Below are positions 37,489-50,474 of a stretch of 64,000 nt of DNA, in pieces. The notes beneath the pieces are model-generated. The model saw nothing but the letters and a program-made list of their open reading frames with translations. It had not been told where the DNA came from and made no database searches. Origin of the DNA: Lama glama. Lineage: Eukaryota. The position numbers and the translations under genes were made by a program. The stretch is from the NCBI GenBank assembly GCA_028534125.1, contig CM052816.1, positions 1,798,001 through 1,862,000 on the forward strand, in the 5' to 3' direction. Position 1 is the stretch's first letter. Each line of letters begins with the position of its first letter.

Positions 37489-37638
37489 TATAGGGAACTA
37501 TATTCAATATCTTGTAGTAACTTATAATAAAAAAATATGAGAACAAATATTCATATGTATGTGTATGACTGAAACATGATGCTGTACACCAGAAACTGAC
37601 ACAGCATTGTAAACTGACTATATTTCACTTTTTTAAAA
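37489..37638 (+). mobile_element. 5'-truncated camelid-type L1 3' end with 17-bp TSD
   Basis: agggaactatattcaatatcttgtagtaac...gctgtacaccagaaactgacacagcattgtaaactgacta; TSD aaaagc(g/a)tatctttgca at 37472-37488 and 37639-37655. Confidence 0.92.
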
Positions 37639-38029
37639 AAAAGCATATCTTTGCAATGCAAGTTGAAATGTGTCACCATCTATCACCTATCAAACTGGCA
37701 AAACGTACCACCCAGTGTTGGTGAGAATGGGGGGAAATGGACACACGTTTGCTGTTGATGGGAACATAACCAGAAAGAGCTATTTGACGGTATGTATCAG
37801 GTCCCTTAAATGTGTCCAGGCTGAGGGCAAACAGGATGGGGAGAGAAGTCACGTGGTGGTGAGGGGTTGAGCAGGATGTCTGGTGGAAGTGAAATGCAGA
37901 ATCTGGGAAGGATCCGTGGAATCCACAGGTCTTTAAGGAGTCCCAGACATTCCAGGGAGGAGAGAGAAAATGCATGGTCAAGCAAATCAAGTCTCCGGCG
38001 ATTGATACCTGGTTGTTAGAGAGAATGCT

Positions 38030-38845
38030 CATCCTTGAAGACTGGAGACACACAAAATATATCTCCAGCTGTCAACTGCGTGTCCCCACCTGAAGGTCCC
38101 ACAGGCACTGTTCACCTTCTGGTATCACCAGAGACCACAGCTTACTGGTGGTTCAAGCCCCAGCCTGAGGAGTCAACTCTGATTTCTGCTTTCCATTCAC
38201 CAGCACCACCACCAGCATCACCCCAAACCCTACATCCAGTCACTCAATAGTGTGCTTCCAAAATATATCATGAATCTTGTGACCGCTCTCAGTCTCCACT
38301 GCTACTGTCTGACCTAGGCTACTTTTGTTTCCCACCTGGACAAGCCTCATCTGTTATCTTACTTCTACTCTTGACCCCTCCAAGTCATTCTCCAGGTAAC
38401 AAATCAGATGCTCTTTTAAAAATATAAACTGGATTGAGTCACTGGATCAACCAGATTAAAACTCATCAATTTCTTTATGTTATCTACTCTTCATCTTTGT
38501 GAAGAGTACACTCACGGCCTCTCCCCCTTGCTCTGTCAGTGGCTCTTCTCAACCTTCTTTGAGGGGGGCCTCCCTTGCGAGACCAGCCAAAGGAGCCCCT
38601 TCAGTCACTATGGCAGTACCTTGTTCAATTTCATTCCCGGCACTTATCTCCAGCTGAAATTCTTTTATTTATTTGTTGACTTGTACACTGTTTACGTCCT
38701 CCCCTCCCTGCCTCAGCCACCGCCTCAAACCACTAGAATGTGCATTCCAGACGGGCAGAAACCTGCTTACCTTGTTCCTTATTTATCCTCAGCATCCAGT
38801 GCATGGGAAGCACTCAGTAATTACCAGGGAACAAATCAGTGAATG
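38030..38845 (+). mobile_element. L2 LINE 3' region
   Basis: cttccaaaatatatcatgaatc...ccactagaatgtgcattcc...gcactcagtaatta...gtgaatgaa tail. Confidence 0.7.
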
Positions 38846-39704
38846 AAGAGTTGGGTCACGCTAGGTTAAGGCTCCGCCCACTCCAGGCTCCTCTGGTCAT
38901 TTATGACGTCAGTGTCGGTGGTGGGAGAACAGGGCAGAGAAGTGGGAGCACAGGCCATGGTTCTGATGGAGAGACAAGGATGAATGCTTCTTGTTTGGCC
39001 AAGGGGAAAACCACAGGAGAGCTCAGGATTTGGTCTGGGCTTGCAGAGCAAGTTGACGGCAGGATGAGAAGCTAAAGCTTCTGGATCCTTGGCACTGGTC
39101 TTGGTGATTGCTCCAGATGCGTCTTGTCACTAGCTCTACGGGGCTATTTCACAATGGTGTACAGAGGATGGGAATGAATTCCATCCCAAAGGAAATCCTC
39201 TTGGAACATCTGGTCATGAGGCATGTAGGAAGTTCATTAGTGAATAAGCATTCAAATGATGGATTATCGAACCATCACTAGCCAGTACACAACAGAACTG
39301 AGATCCCTCAGCTTCGTATTCAAGGCACACCATTCTTAGCCTCTTTCCAGACCCGAGATCTCTCTTGACCTCAATTTCCCCATCTGCACAATGAGATGCA
39401 AAATATCAGCCAAGTCCCTTCCAGCTCTGATATTTCAGAATGCGTCTCTTGGACCTGAGGTCCTTCTTCCAGCCAAATTGATCTACTGACTGTCCTTTCT
39501 GTCCCCTACCTATACATAAACCTAAAGATATTTCCTTTTGTTTACACTGGCCCATTATTAATAACGCTGCCATGTCCTCTCTGCTCCTTGAAATATCATG
39601 TAGCCTACAATGATCAATGGAGTTTCTACCCCCACTCTTCTTCCTTATTCATCCCAGCTGAAATATTTTCTTTTTATAAACTCTTGGGGATTTATTGTCT
39701 AATC

Positions 39705-39928
39705 CAGGAGTCGGTAAACTACAGCCTGCAGGCCAAATCCAGGCCATGGGCCAAATCTGTTTGTTTTGTTAATAAAGTTTTATTGGGACACAGGTACATA
39801 TTGTCTATAGCTGCTTTTGCTACAACGCTAAAACGGGATTGAACAGTTGTAATGGAAACAGTATGGCCCACAAAGCCTGAATATTTTCTGTATGGCCCTT
39901 TTCCCATTAAAAAGTTTGCCAACTCCTG
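39705..39928. mobile_element. MER58A-like hAT-Charlie MITE
   Basis: 16-bp terminal inverted repeats caggagtcggtaaact / agtttgccaactcctg (14/16); internal aataaagttttattgg and tatggcccacaaagcctgaatatt. Confidence 0.92.
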
Positions 39929-40472
39929 GCTAATCCATGCTTCGCAAAATTGAGTCAAAGACACAGTCTGGGATCCACACATAAGATATCCACTGGTCCA
40001 CATGTATCTTCTTGGAGCATTGATTTTGCTAGAAGACTGGGGAGGAAAAAAAATGGTTAATAGAACATAAATGTGGATATTGAGGAAAAAACATATTTAT
40101 ATTAAGAAGTGGAATCCAGCTTTTGCATGAAATAGTATGTTAAAATCCCAAATGTGAACCAAAATTCCAAACTTGGGAAGGGCTGCATCAAATCATTGCT
40201 GCACCTCAGCTGTTATAAATATTTTGGTATAAAATGTGGGGAAACATTTTTCTGTGCCATTTAATTAGAGATGAAAGTTCATGTCATTATATGGTTTTGT
40301 ATCCTTACCACTTCTGACACAGTGCTTCGCTGTAAGAACTCCAGAAGACCTGGGGCCGTTTATCAAAGTAAATCCTAAAAGGTCCTCACCACTCAGGATG
40401 GCTAATGGGGTCCTGCCTGACGACAGAGAAACGGACCAGAGGACTTGACCAGCAGAGGTCTCCTTCGCTAAG

Positions 40473-40571
40473 GGGGCGGGGCTGGGAGGGGGCTGGCTTT
40501 TTAGTGCTTTGACTGTCTCCATGGCAACAAAAAGCCTAATAACATTCTGTTACCTTAACAATATTGGCAAC
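40473..40571. promoter_or_regulatory. Promoter-like cluster: GC box, RFX X-box and CCAAT
   Basis: GGGGCGGGGC 40473-40482; GTCTCCATGGCAAC 40515-40528 (near-consensus X-box); GTTACC half-site at 40549; ATTGG 40563-40567 overlapping GGCAAC 40566-40571; unique sequence. Confidence 0.55.
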
Positions 40572-41399
40572 AATACCATCACCAATTCAAACCACTAATT
40601 GATTCCTTCCTGAGCTGAAGGCAGAACCTATCTTATAAGTGACAAGCGATGACCTAGTTGTTTCTCGTTTATAGTTGCCTTTTCTTTTCCTATTTATTTA
40701 TTTTGGAGAAGAGGGAAGAGGAGATACAAGAAAGTTTACTTCATCCCTGTCTACCAACACCACCACTGCTAGCACCGCACCACCCCCAAACAATTTCCCT
40801 CACGCCAAAGCATCTCTGTCTGATTTCTGAGATGGAAATAATCTCTATTGCCTATAATGGTGACCAACCAGTTTGTTGTTGAGTGTTTTTACCTTTGTTT
40901 TGTTTTTAAAAGGCGAATGTCCCTAGGAAAGGATAACTCACAAAGTTAGCAACCTCTTGGGAAGAGTCCCAAGGGAGGTGGCTTTGGCGTTGGGCGAGGG
41001 GTAGAAAGGCAGCCCCAGGCTCCCGGGCAGGGTGGGATGATCTGAGGTCAACCCCAGCTCTGCCAAAACTGGCCGACCACTTGCCATGTCTGCACCTTCA
41101 GTTTTCTTCCTAGTAATGTGAACGTTGAGAGCTGGGCGACTCCCAGGAGCGCTTCCAGTTGTAAAATTCCACAGCTCAAGGCAGCGTAATTAATGGAAAG
41201 ATTAAGGTCATGACCACACGGATAGGCCTCAGAAACAATAACCAGATTGGAAAAGGTTGGTTGCAGCATGACATGTATTGAATGATACACCCCTCCAACT
41301 TTGTCATTTAATTTTTGGGTTAGGTAACATAGTCCATCCAAATTGCCCCCCACCTCCAAATTTTAAGGAATACATGTAAATGTCTTCCTCCCTTCCCTC

Positions 41400-42120
41400 C
41401 TCCCACCCATCTTTCCTCCCACATGCAGAATCATTAGCTTTTGTCGACTCTCATAGTTTCTTTACGCAGATACAAAAATAAACTGTGGATAACTTGGTTC
41501 ATTTTCCCCTTCACTGCACAAAAGGCGGCATACTGTACATATTCTTCAGCACTTCGTTTTTTTTTTCACTTAATATGTATTGGAGAAATTGCCATATTAG
41601 CATAGAGAGTATCTTCATTCTCTTTTTTTTTTTTTATAACTGCAGAGGATTCCATTACAAGGATGCCCCATCATTTATTCAACCAGTCTCCTATTGATGG
41701 ATATGTGGATTTTTTTTCTAGTCTTTTTTCTTACAAGCAATATTTCAATGCATAACATTAAACACATGTGCTTTTGAACAGGTACAAATGTATCTAAGGA
41801 CAAATTCCCAGAAATGGAATCCCCTTTGTAATTTTCTGCATTTGCTTTTATGATAGAGATCGCCAAATTGCCCCCGACAGAGATTATAGCAATTTAGTCA
41901 CACACTTGAGATCAAAGTCTGAGGCTCCATTCCCCACATCCTCTTCCACACATTGTTATCAAATCTTGAGTGTTGATCAACTGGGCAGGCTTGAAGAAAG
42001 ATGTCTCAGTGTGACTTTAATTTGTTTCGCTCTTTTGATGAATGAGATAGCGAGTCTCTTCTTACAGTTAATAGCCATTTGTATTTCTTTCTTTTTAAAT
42101 GAATACTTTTATCCCTTTTT
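41400..42120 (-). mobile_element. Old L1 (L1ME-like) fragment
   Basis: ttcaaccagtctcctattgatggata, gtatctaaggacaaattcccagaaatggaat, gtctcagtgtgactttaatttgtttc. Confidence 0.75.
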
Positions 42121-42349
42121 CACATATGTGAAAATTTAAAACACATCATGCTGTATATCGTTTGTGGCCCTGGACATACATAATGAAGGATGGAAGTGAC
42201 ATTCACTAATGTCAACTGAGAAGTTGCTTCTAGATAGGAAGGCAGGGGAATGGGACAGAGAGGGACACAGAGGGACTTCTGCTAAGTGTGCGACATTTTG
42301 TTTCCTTTAAAAGAAGACATGAGGCAAGCACAGCAAAAAGAAAATAGAA

Positions 42350-42400
42350 AAGGAGGGAGGAAGGAAGGAAGGAAGGAAGGAATGAAAGAGGGAAGGAAGA
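42350..42400 (+). repeat. (GGAA)n purine-rich simple repeat
   Basis: aggagggaggaaggaaggaaggaaggaaggaatgaaagagggaaggaag. Confidence 0.85.
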
Positions 42401-43539
42401 AAATGAAAGAGAAAATAAGCTTTAAAATCAATGAACATGAACTTGACTCTCAGCCCCACCACACATGCTCTGTGACCTCTGCCATCCCTCATAATCGCTC
42501 ATTCTCAATTTCAACATCTGTAGGATATGGATAATGCCTACCTTGTGGAGTTAGTGTAATGACTTAAGGTAATCCACGTAAACCATGATTAGCACATAAC
42601 TATGGCTCAACAGTCATATTATAATTCTTAATATTAATGTGGTTATTATTGTGCAAATGTATACAATGCCTCAAGCCAAAGGTAAATTTTCTTGGCTCAA
42701 TTACCTCTTTTTATTTTGAGTTTCCCAAGCAGTCTTCTGATGACACCACACCGATGGTTTCAACCCCTCTAACACCTTTTCCAAATGTCCTCCGCAGAGC
42801 TGCCTCTGTTGGAAAGATCTGTGTGACTGGGTGAGAGAAGCTGGGGTGTGGTCAGGGGCAGAGGAGGGTGGTTTCCTCTGTGTCACAACCTCTGTTCCCA
42901 AGAGCTGTGACCTCTCTTAGCACCCAGACAGACTCTGGCTTCCCACTGGGCAGCATCTAGAAAGTCCAAGCCCAACACACATCTTCTCTCGGAGCAAACC
43001 GTGGGCAAGAATCTCCTCGCCATCCCCCTGCAGGACGACATGTGGGACAATTACAATCACGGCTGACCTGACACCTGTAACCACCGTGGCCTCAGAAGGG
43101 GCCGTTTCCTCCCTCTGGCCTTTGTCTGCTTTACATCGACAGGCAGTGGGCTGCCCATCCACCCGCCAAGGCAGTGCTGCTGCAGCCCCCTACTGCCTCA
43201 TTTCCCCAGAGAGAACCAGAAACTAGACTTCTTCGCTGTGAACTGCTGTGATCAGAACAGGGCAGGTTAGAGTAGTGAACTTCTGTTTTGTTTGAGGGCA
43301 CATTATGCTCGGAGACTGAGATTGTCTTTGCCAATATTTTGTTTAACACAGGTTTACTGCAAGAACTATAATTATCCCAGAAACCGGTGGCATACAGGAT
43401 AATGTCTCTTCATAAGCCAATAAAGAAATAACATACTCCAAACCAGTTATGGATTAATCACACTATTGTTCCAGGCAGGAGGCGGTGAAAGGACTGAAGT
43501 CCAAATTTAGTTGAGGTGTGCCTTCCTATGAGTTGGCTC

Positions 43540-43730
43540 TCGGGAGAGTCAGCTTAACCAGCCCAGAGCTGAGGCTACCGGCAAAACCCAAGTCCCCTGT
43601 TGCTGGAGCGCGTTGCTAGGGAACCAAGACGCTGATGTCGACCTGAAAGATGATCTCCCAGCGCCGTCGTGCTGCACAGCTTTTCCCCCTGCAGGTAAAA
43701 GAGACGCTGTTACCTGTTACCCTGGCAGGA
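43540..43730. promoter_or_regulatory. Small CpG cluster with RFX X-box-like motif
   Basis: GTTGCTAGGGAAC 43612-43624, further GTTACC half-sites near 43709-43721, and roughly 10 CpG in under 200 bp. Confidence 0.4.
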
Positions 43731-44797
43731 CCTAATGCCCCAAGGTCTTCAGAAAGCTATTTAGATCAGCAAAGAGTTGCCTTGCCCGGACAGAAACTCT
43801 CAGATTGTCCTCACAAATTCTGGGTATTTATAGTCTAAATGTCCCCTCGCCATATTTCTCGTTGCTAAGCCCCCAGCAGCGCCCCTCAGCAGCTGAGCTA
43901 CTGAGTGCTTATCGGCAAGCACAGATGTGGGTGATGACATCCCGATGCAGCTTCTTCATATCAGAGCAACTTCACTCTCAAAAACAAGTTCATTTTTGTC
44001 CTAAACAAGTGAATGTGAAATCATGTCAAACCACTCCGCAGCAACTTTTTCGCACACTCCTGCTGACACCTTTGGATTATTTCCTGAGCTAAATTGGTTC
44101 CTTTTCCATTATTTTGATACTAAAACATCAGAAAACTAGAAAGGAGAGAAAGAAGAGAGGAAGAAGGGGGAAAGAGAAAGGAAGGAATAGAAAAAGTCTC
44201 AAAACAGGCAGCATCTTAGCAACATAGCTCACATGACTTTCCGGAGAGGAAGAGTCAGAAGTGACGTCAAGGTCTGTGTCAGACACCACCAGCCCCCTGA
44301 TTAGTGGCTGCACCCGCTCTGGGGGTCAATGACAGCAGGCAGAGCCATGCCAGGTGCTGGGGGAGCCGGCGCCATGCCTGCTCTGGCCACATCTGGAAGC
44401 TTCACCAAGCCAGCAAAGAAAATAGCCTTCAATTATTGGCAGCAAGGGTCCAATAACGACCCATCAATCAACGAATGAAAATCATGGGGAAAGGTATGAT
44501 TGTTCATGGCAGGTGAAGCTTGCTTTCTCCTTGGCAGAAATTGTAAGGCACACAAAATTTAACTTTTTGACATTTGTGAATATTTCTTTATTCTTTTAAG
44601 CAACATGGATTCCGTGAAGCCAGGAAACTCTTTCTGTTGCATCCTTTGCAAGCCTGCCAACACATTTACTGCCAGTGCCTCACCTCTCTTCCCTGCATCC
44701 CAAAGTCCCTTTCACTGGCCTCATTTCCCATAGCTCTTCACTGAGAGACAATCACCTGCTCTGAGAAGGCAATCCATTCCAAACTGATAATGGATGC

Positions 44798-45337
44798 AGC
44801 GGTAGGCAGAAAAATAACCCTCCAAAGATATTCATGCCTTAATCCCCAGAATCTTCCAATCTTTCAAAAAGATTTTATGAGTGGAATTAAGGTTAAGAAC
44901 CTTGAGATGGGAGGAGTGTTGTGGATTACCCAGGTGAGCCTAATCTAATTACTTGAGTCTGTAAAGATGGAGAAACTTTATCTTCTGGATCAGGGAGATG
45001 AGAGGGAAGAGGAGCTGCTGACTTTGAAGATGGCAGAAATATGCACAAGTGAAGGAGTGTGGGTGGCCTGAAAAGCTGGGAACGACCCTAAGTGTCGGCC
45101 AGCAAGGAAAGAGCATCTCAGTCCTGCAACCACAAGGAATTCAATTTTGCAAACAACCCAAATGTGCAAGGAAACAGATCCTCTCCTAGAACCTCTAGTA
45201 ATGAACGCAGCCCTGCTGACCCCTTGATCTTAGCACAGTGAGACCCATGTCAGAAATCTGACCTATGGATAATAAATTGTTGTTTAACCCCCAAATTTGT
45301 GGAAATTTGTTATTTTCTAGGAATAGAAGACTAATGC
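44798..45337 (+). mobile_element. MaLR solo LTR (MLT1D/E-like)
   Basis: ggtaggcagaaaaataaccctccaaagata, aattaaggttaagaaccttgagatggg, ctttgaagatgg, gaacgcagccctgctgaccccttgat, aaatttgtggaaatttgtta. Confidence 0.9.
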
Positions 45338-45871
45338 GGATACTAACATAAGACTCAGTCAGTTAATTTGTCTTCTGAAGCAACAATTATAATACCAGAT
45401 GAGAAAAAAATCTTGCACATATTTTGGAAGAGGTGGATTGTTTTACAATTCATGGCCAGATGCATAATCTACTTTTCTCATTCACCTGTTCCATAGATAT
45501 TTATGGAATATCAATTATGTACTAAGTACAGAGTTCCCTACACATACGGCTCCCTCTTGATCACGTCTACACGAGTGGATCCAGTCGGCAAGTCAGTCAA
45601 AAAATGTTCACTGAGCACCTACTGCATATTAGGTACAAGGGCCATTCAATTGAGTTTTACTGACAGAGTCTTTTGGCTGCCTGGGACGGCTGGGAAGCCC
45701 GCGACTCCAAATTCATCAGTGGAGTAGTGGAATAGACGGTCCATCTGAGCCTACTTCACAAGAGTGAAGACGTATTACCATCTCTCTTTTACATATGGGG
45801 AAACTGAGTCTCATAGAGACTAAATGGCCAAGTCACACAGCCCATAAGTGAAGAAGCTGCAACATAAAAAA

Positions 45872-46402
45872 AATTTGTTTTCAGGTATAATAAAACACAT
45901 GTAACATAAAATGTACCATCTTAACCATTTTTAAGTGTACAGTTAGAATGTACCCTTAAATGTACATTTTTAAGCATAACTTAGTACCTCTACGTTATGG
46001 TGCAACCAGTCTCCAGAAGTTCTTTTCATCTTGCAAAACTGAAACTCCACACGCATTAAACAACTCCCTTCACCCTCACTCCCTCCCCCTGGCAACCACC
46101 ATTCCACCTTCCATGTCTATGAACTGCACAAGTCTGGGTACCTCATGTGAGTTTACAGTATCTGTCTTTTTGCGTCTGGCTTAGGGCACTGAGCATTATG
46201 TCACAAAGTTCAGCCACACTGTCAGAATTTCTTTCCTTCTCAAGTCTGCATAATATTCTATTGTATGAGTACACCACATCTTGTTTATGTGCTCATCTAC
46301 TGATGGACACTTGGGTTGCTTCCATTTTTTGGATACTGTGAATCGTGCTGCTATGAACACATGAGTACACAGGTGTCTTTTTCATTCCCTTTGGATATGT
46401 GC
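45872..46402 (-). mobile_element. L1 (L1MB-like) 3' end
   Basis: aacataaaatgtaccatcttaaccatttttaagtgtacagtt...tcatcttgcaaaactgaaactc...gatggacacttgggttgcttcca. Confidence 0.88.
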
Positions 46403-47132
46403 CAATGGAGCTGGAACGTGAACACAGATTTCTCTGTATGTGTCGGGCATAAACTGTAAGGTTCTCGGTTTCATCTTCCTGCTGCTACATTGGCACCTAA
46501 ACGGCATTTGGGTCAAAGGCTCCCTCCCCTTCGTTCATGCCACCAGTCACATCACAAGCCAGTCAGTCCACAGCCCTCCTAGCTGGAGCTGCCTGCATTT
46601 GGATTTATGCTCTTCCTGTATTAAAGAGCCCCATGTCCCAGGTGGAGATCGGGTCTGGGTGTTAAAGAATCTGTATTTGCTCAAGTGCAACAGTAGGAAG
46701 GCAGCACACTCAGAACAGTTCACTAGAGAGAGCTGGATGAAAGCGCCACACACAGAGCTGCGGGCGGGAGTCAGGGAGCGGCTGGGAATAGCCACGTAGC
46801 CCGGGATGCCACTACCTTCCCGGCCCGAAGGAGCCAGGAGAGGGCGGGGCTTCCAGAGCTCCACCCAGTGGAGGCTGTGGGTGTAGGAAGCGGCCGCAGC
46901 CAAGGCTGGGGTGAAGGGAAAGCAAGGAGATGAGAGCCTCTCCTCCTCTCTTTTCCCACACTCTCATCTTCCGCCAGTGTCTCCCATCGCCAACCCCACT
47001 GGAAGCCAGAAAGCGGGGGCATCCCAGTGACACTGTGTTTGGAGTCAGCATCTCAGGGCATGAAGTCGAGCAGAGGATGGATGTGGGGGTGGGACAGAGG
47101 CAGGGGCAGCCAACCAGAAAAAAAAAAATTTA

Positions 47133-47241
47133 GTGAGAGAGGTTATATAGCTCAGTGGCAGAGGGCATGCTTAGCATGCACAAGGTCCTGGGTTCAATTC
47201 CCAGTTCCTCTGTTTAAATAAATAAATAAGTAAACCTAATT
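47133..47241 (+). mobile_element. tRNA-derived SINE (camelid-type)
   Basis: A box tagctcagtgg, B box ggttcaattcc, body gcatgcttagcatgcacaaggtcctgg, tail aaataaataaataagtaaacctaatt; imperfect TSD accagaaaaaaa...ttta at 47113-47132 and 47242-47260. Confidence 0.9.
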
Positions 47242-49969
47242 ACCAGAAAAAAATATTTTAAGACAAAATATTATAAGTGGAAGAGACCTGAATCAAACTG
47301 ATCTTCTAATTTCTCGTCTAATACAGGTCACTTAGAGAAAGAAAGAGGTTATTCTTAGTAATTAACGCCAGATCAACAGGCAAAACCAGGACTCTATGAA
47401 CACTCTACCTTAATTATCTGTTCCAATCCCCTCAATCTGCGGATGAGGACACTGGAGAGACCCAGAGAGGGAAAGTGACCTGATGAAGGCTGCACAGCAA
47501 GTTAGGGGCAGAGGTGGAAAAGCCTCAACTGAGGACACCCCGGCTGGGCGCTTGATTCCTCACCACTTGGTTGCTCTGAGGCTCAGTGAAACACACCCCC
47601 AGTCTCACCAGGCCCTCACATGACTCTGGGGAAAAAGACAGCTCATTTCTCTGTCCCAAGAAGCATGCGGTTTGGAGCTCTTCTTTTTCTCTTGTTTTTT
47701 CTTCCCCCTTTTTGTGGTCAACCACTGGGCTGGCTGGAGGGGAAGCACACAGGTATCGTGGGGTTTCACTGCTGTCCCATTACATAAGTGAAAGCCCTGC
47801 AAAGGGGAGAATGAAATGCAAAACAGGGCCATTTGACCGGCTCCTTGGCTGGTCCCAGGACTGCCCGGGTCACCCCAGTGCTTGGTTCTGGGAAATGCTC
47901 TTTCGGTTTATTCTTTATCCGACGACTATTACTTGAGCGTCTTCTAGATTCCAGGCACTGTGCTATACTCGTGGTGGATAAGAATGGATGAGAAAGACGT
48001 GCCCACTGCCGCCACAGAAATCCCATTATGGAAAGGGGAGAGTGTTGGATAATAAACGTATATACAAATAAATTCATTACAGACGTGCTTATTTCTAGAA
48101 CGGAAATAGAGTGTCCTGATGAACAGTGACAATAGCTGACATCTATCAAAGTCATCTTCGTCCATATCACTTTGGGAAATAGCTGTTTTTATAGTCTTCA
48201 TCTTATAGACGTGGAAACGGAAGTTCAGGGAGTTTGGGTGATTGCACAAGGTCAAACAGCTGATGTCAGAGCTGAACTTGAACCTGAGAGACTTGCTTCA
48301 GAGCCTGGGTCCTTAACCACCAGCCGTCCCGGGCAATAGAGGCTCAGAGGGCAGCGCATGCTTTCAACAGGTCGGAGAGGCCTTTCTGAGCAAGTGGCAC
48401 ATAGGCTGAGATGAGCCATGGAAAGGACCGGCAGAAGAAGGTTCTAGGCAGAAAAAGGAGCATGTGCCAATGGATGAAGGTGGGAAAGAGCTTGGTGTGT
48501 CCTCCACGGGCTGTTGAAGGCCTAGGAGATGTGGGCGGAGCCTGGACCTCATTCTAGGCGCACCTTACACAGTGTCTTGGCAGACGTACACTTTCTCATT
48601 TGAGCAAAGAGCCTGGTCAGGCCAGCTGAGCAAGTGCTGTTTTACACAACGCAGTCCATGGCTTCTCAGAGCGCAGGGTCGGAGGTGAGACTGGACCCAA
48701 GACTTTGGACTCTTGTCAAGTGCTCTTTCTGCTCAACCTCCTTGCCGAGGCCCCAGCTGCCCCTGCGCCACCTGCAACGTGCCCCTGTGTCCCCAACACC
48801 TTCTCCTCTCACCTCAGAATTTACCTCTCCGGCTGCCTCAACAGCTGCATTTCTAGGGGAATCTGGTCAACAAAGCTGTTCTCATCTGCTCAGAGGGAAT
48901 AAAGCACCCGGTTAGGTGCTTATGTCCTTACGAGGACCCACGACAGCCTTCCTTTCTTCCAGTCATGAGGTCAGCCCCCAGCTATTGGCATTCCCTCCTC
49001 TGCCAAAGTGGCTGTCATTATTTGATTAATGGCCTGTTCCCAGAGGAGGCTGCCAGAGAGTGAGCCTTTGGGCCTTTGCTTAACAGGTAGCAGTTTACAG
49101 ATGCCAATAATCTGAGCATTGTTCAGATCAGCTAATTCCCTGTCTGTGAGTGTGGTCTCATCCACCCTCAGAAACCAGCCAGGGCCGCAGGGCTGATGGC
49201 GCCTCGTCACGACACACAAGCCCCCACGTCCCAAACACTGGCTTCCTCTCCACCTCCACTCGTCCAGCCTCTTACCATGACCTTGGGCTCACCAGGTGCT
49301 TCTCGCCCTATGCTCTGACAGTTTTCACAACTCTGTGCTGTTTGCTCTGCTTATGACAGCCTCCCCACCTTCTTCACGGGCTGCCCCCTTCACACCTGCC
49401 CCAACACATTCCAGATGCCACTCGCCCAGGAAGCCTTCCCCGACTGAGTCCCACTGAGTCTGTGACGTACCCCTTCTCCACGCTTCCAATCATAATGAAT
49501 TACGTTCTTCGGGTATCTGTGATACACCAACACTCTGTTAAGCTCCTTACACAGACCCTCTTCATAGGACAGCAGTTCAAAGAGGCAGATTTTACTCATC
49601 CTAGGATTTTACCACGGAGGAAACGAAATCATAGTCATGCACCGCCAGCTGAGCAGAGAGTGCTGGGGGTGGGGAACAACCCAGGCAGTCCGACTGCAGG
49701 AGCCGGATCTTCAGCACCTGCTGGGTTCACCATCACAACTGACATTTATTGGGCACTTACAGTATACCTCCCATAGCTCTAAGACAATGACATGCATTTT
49801 CTCATTGAAATTTCATCACGGTCCTGTAAAATTTAGTCCCTATAAGGTAGGTGTTGTCATGGCCATTTTGAAGGTGAGAAAAATTGACGCCCAGAGTGGT
49901 TTAATTATTTAGCTAAACCACACATTCAGCAGGATGCACTGAATGTATCGCCACGCACTGAAGTTGCCC

Positions 49970-50474
49970 AGATTAGCTGAGGCTGCTGGTCTATCTACCT
50001 GACACCCCCACTCCTCCTCTTTCATCATAACAGATTGTATTATCGGAGATAACAACGTGCCCAATTTAAGGGGAAAAAAAGATAAACAAAACATCTCCCA
50101 GCCACCTCTGCGGAGAGGGAACCCAAGGAAATGGAGTCACTATCGTGGTGTGGGTTCCAGGAAATCTGTTCAAAGAGGGTAAACTCTGCTGTTACGGACC
50201 CATTTGCATTTGGCCCTTTCAGCTTCTGGTGTGAGACAAAGACTGGATCTCAGCAGCCATCTTTTGACCATGAAGCATTCCTACCCAAAAAAAAAAAAAA
50301 AGAATTAGAAGAAAAGAAGGAACCTGGGAACGTGGTGACACCACAGCGCAAAGAAGACCAGCCTTGGGCTGCCCCACATCAAACTTCAAGGAATTTGGAA
50401 GAAAAAAAGACTCTTATTTAAAATCTCTGTTGTTCTGATTCTCTGTTACTTGAAGCCAAATGCAATTCCTAACT
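49970..50474 (+). mobile_element. Old ERVL/MaLR LTR (LTR16/MLT1J-like)
   Basis: cagcagccatcttttgaccatgaag, gaaggaacctggg, terminal tctgttacttgaagccaaatgcaattcctaact. Confidence 0.65.

Noticed and set aside
47133..47212. tRNA-like sequence (also 62563-62636) as tRNA genes
   Set aside because: A-rich tails, TSDs and degenerate stems show they are SINE copies.
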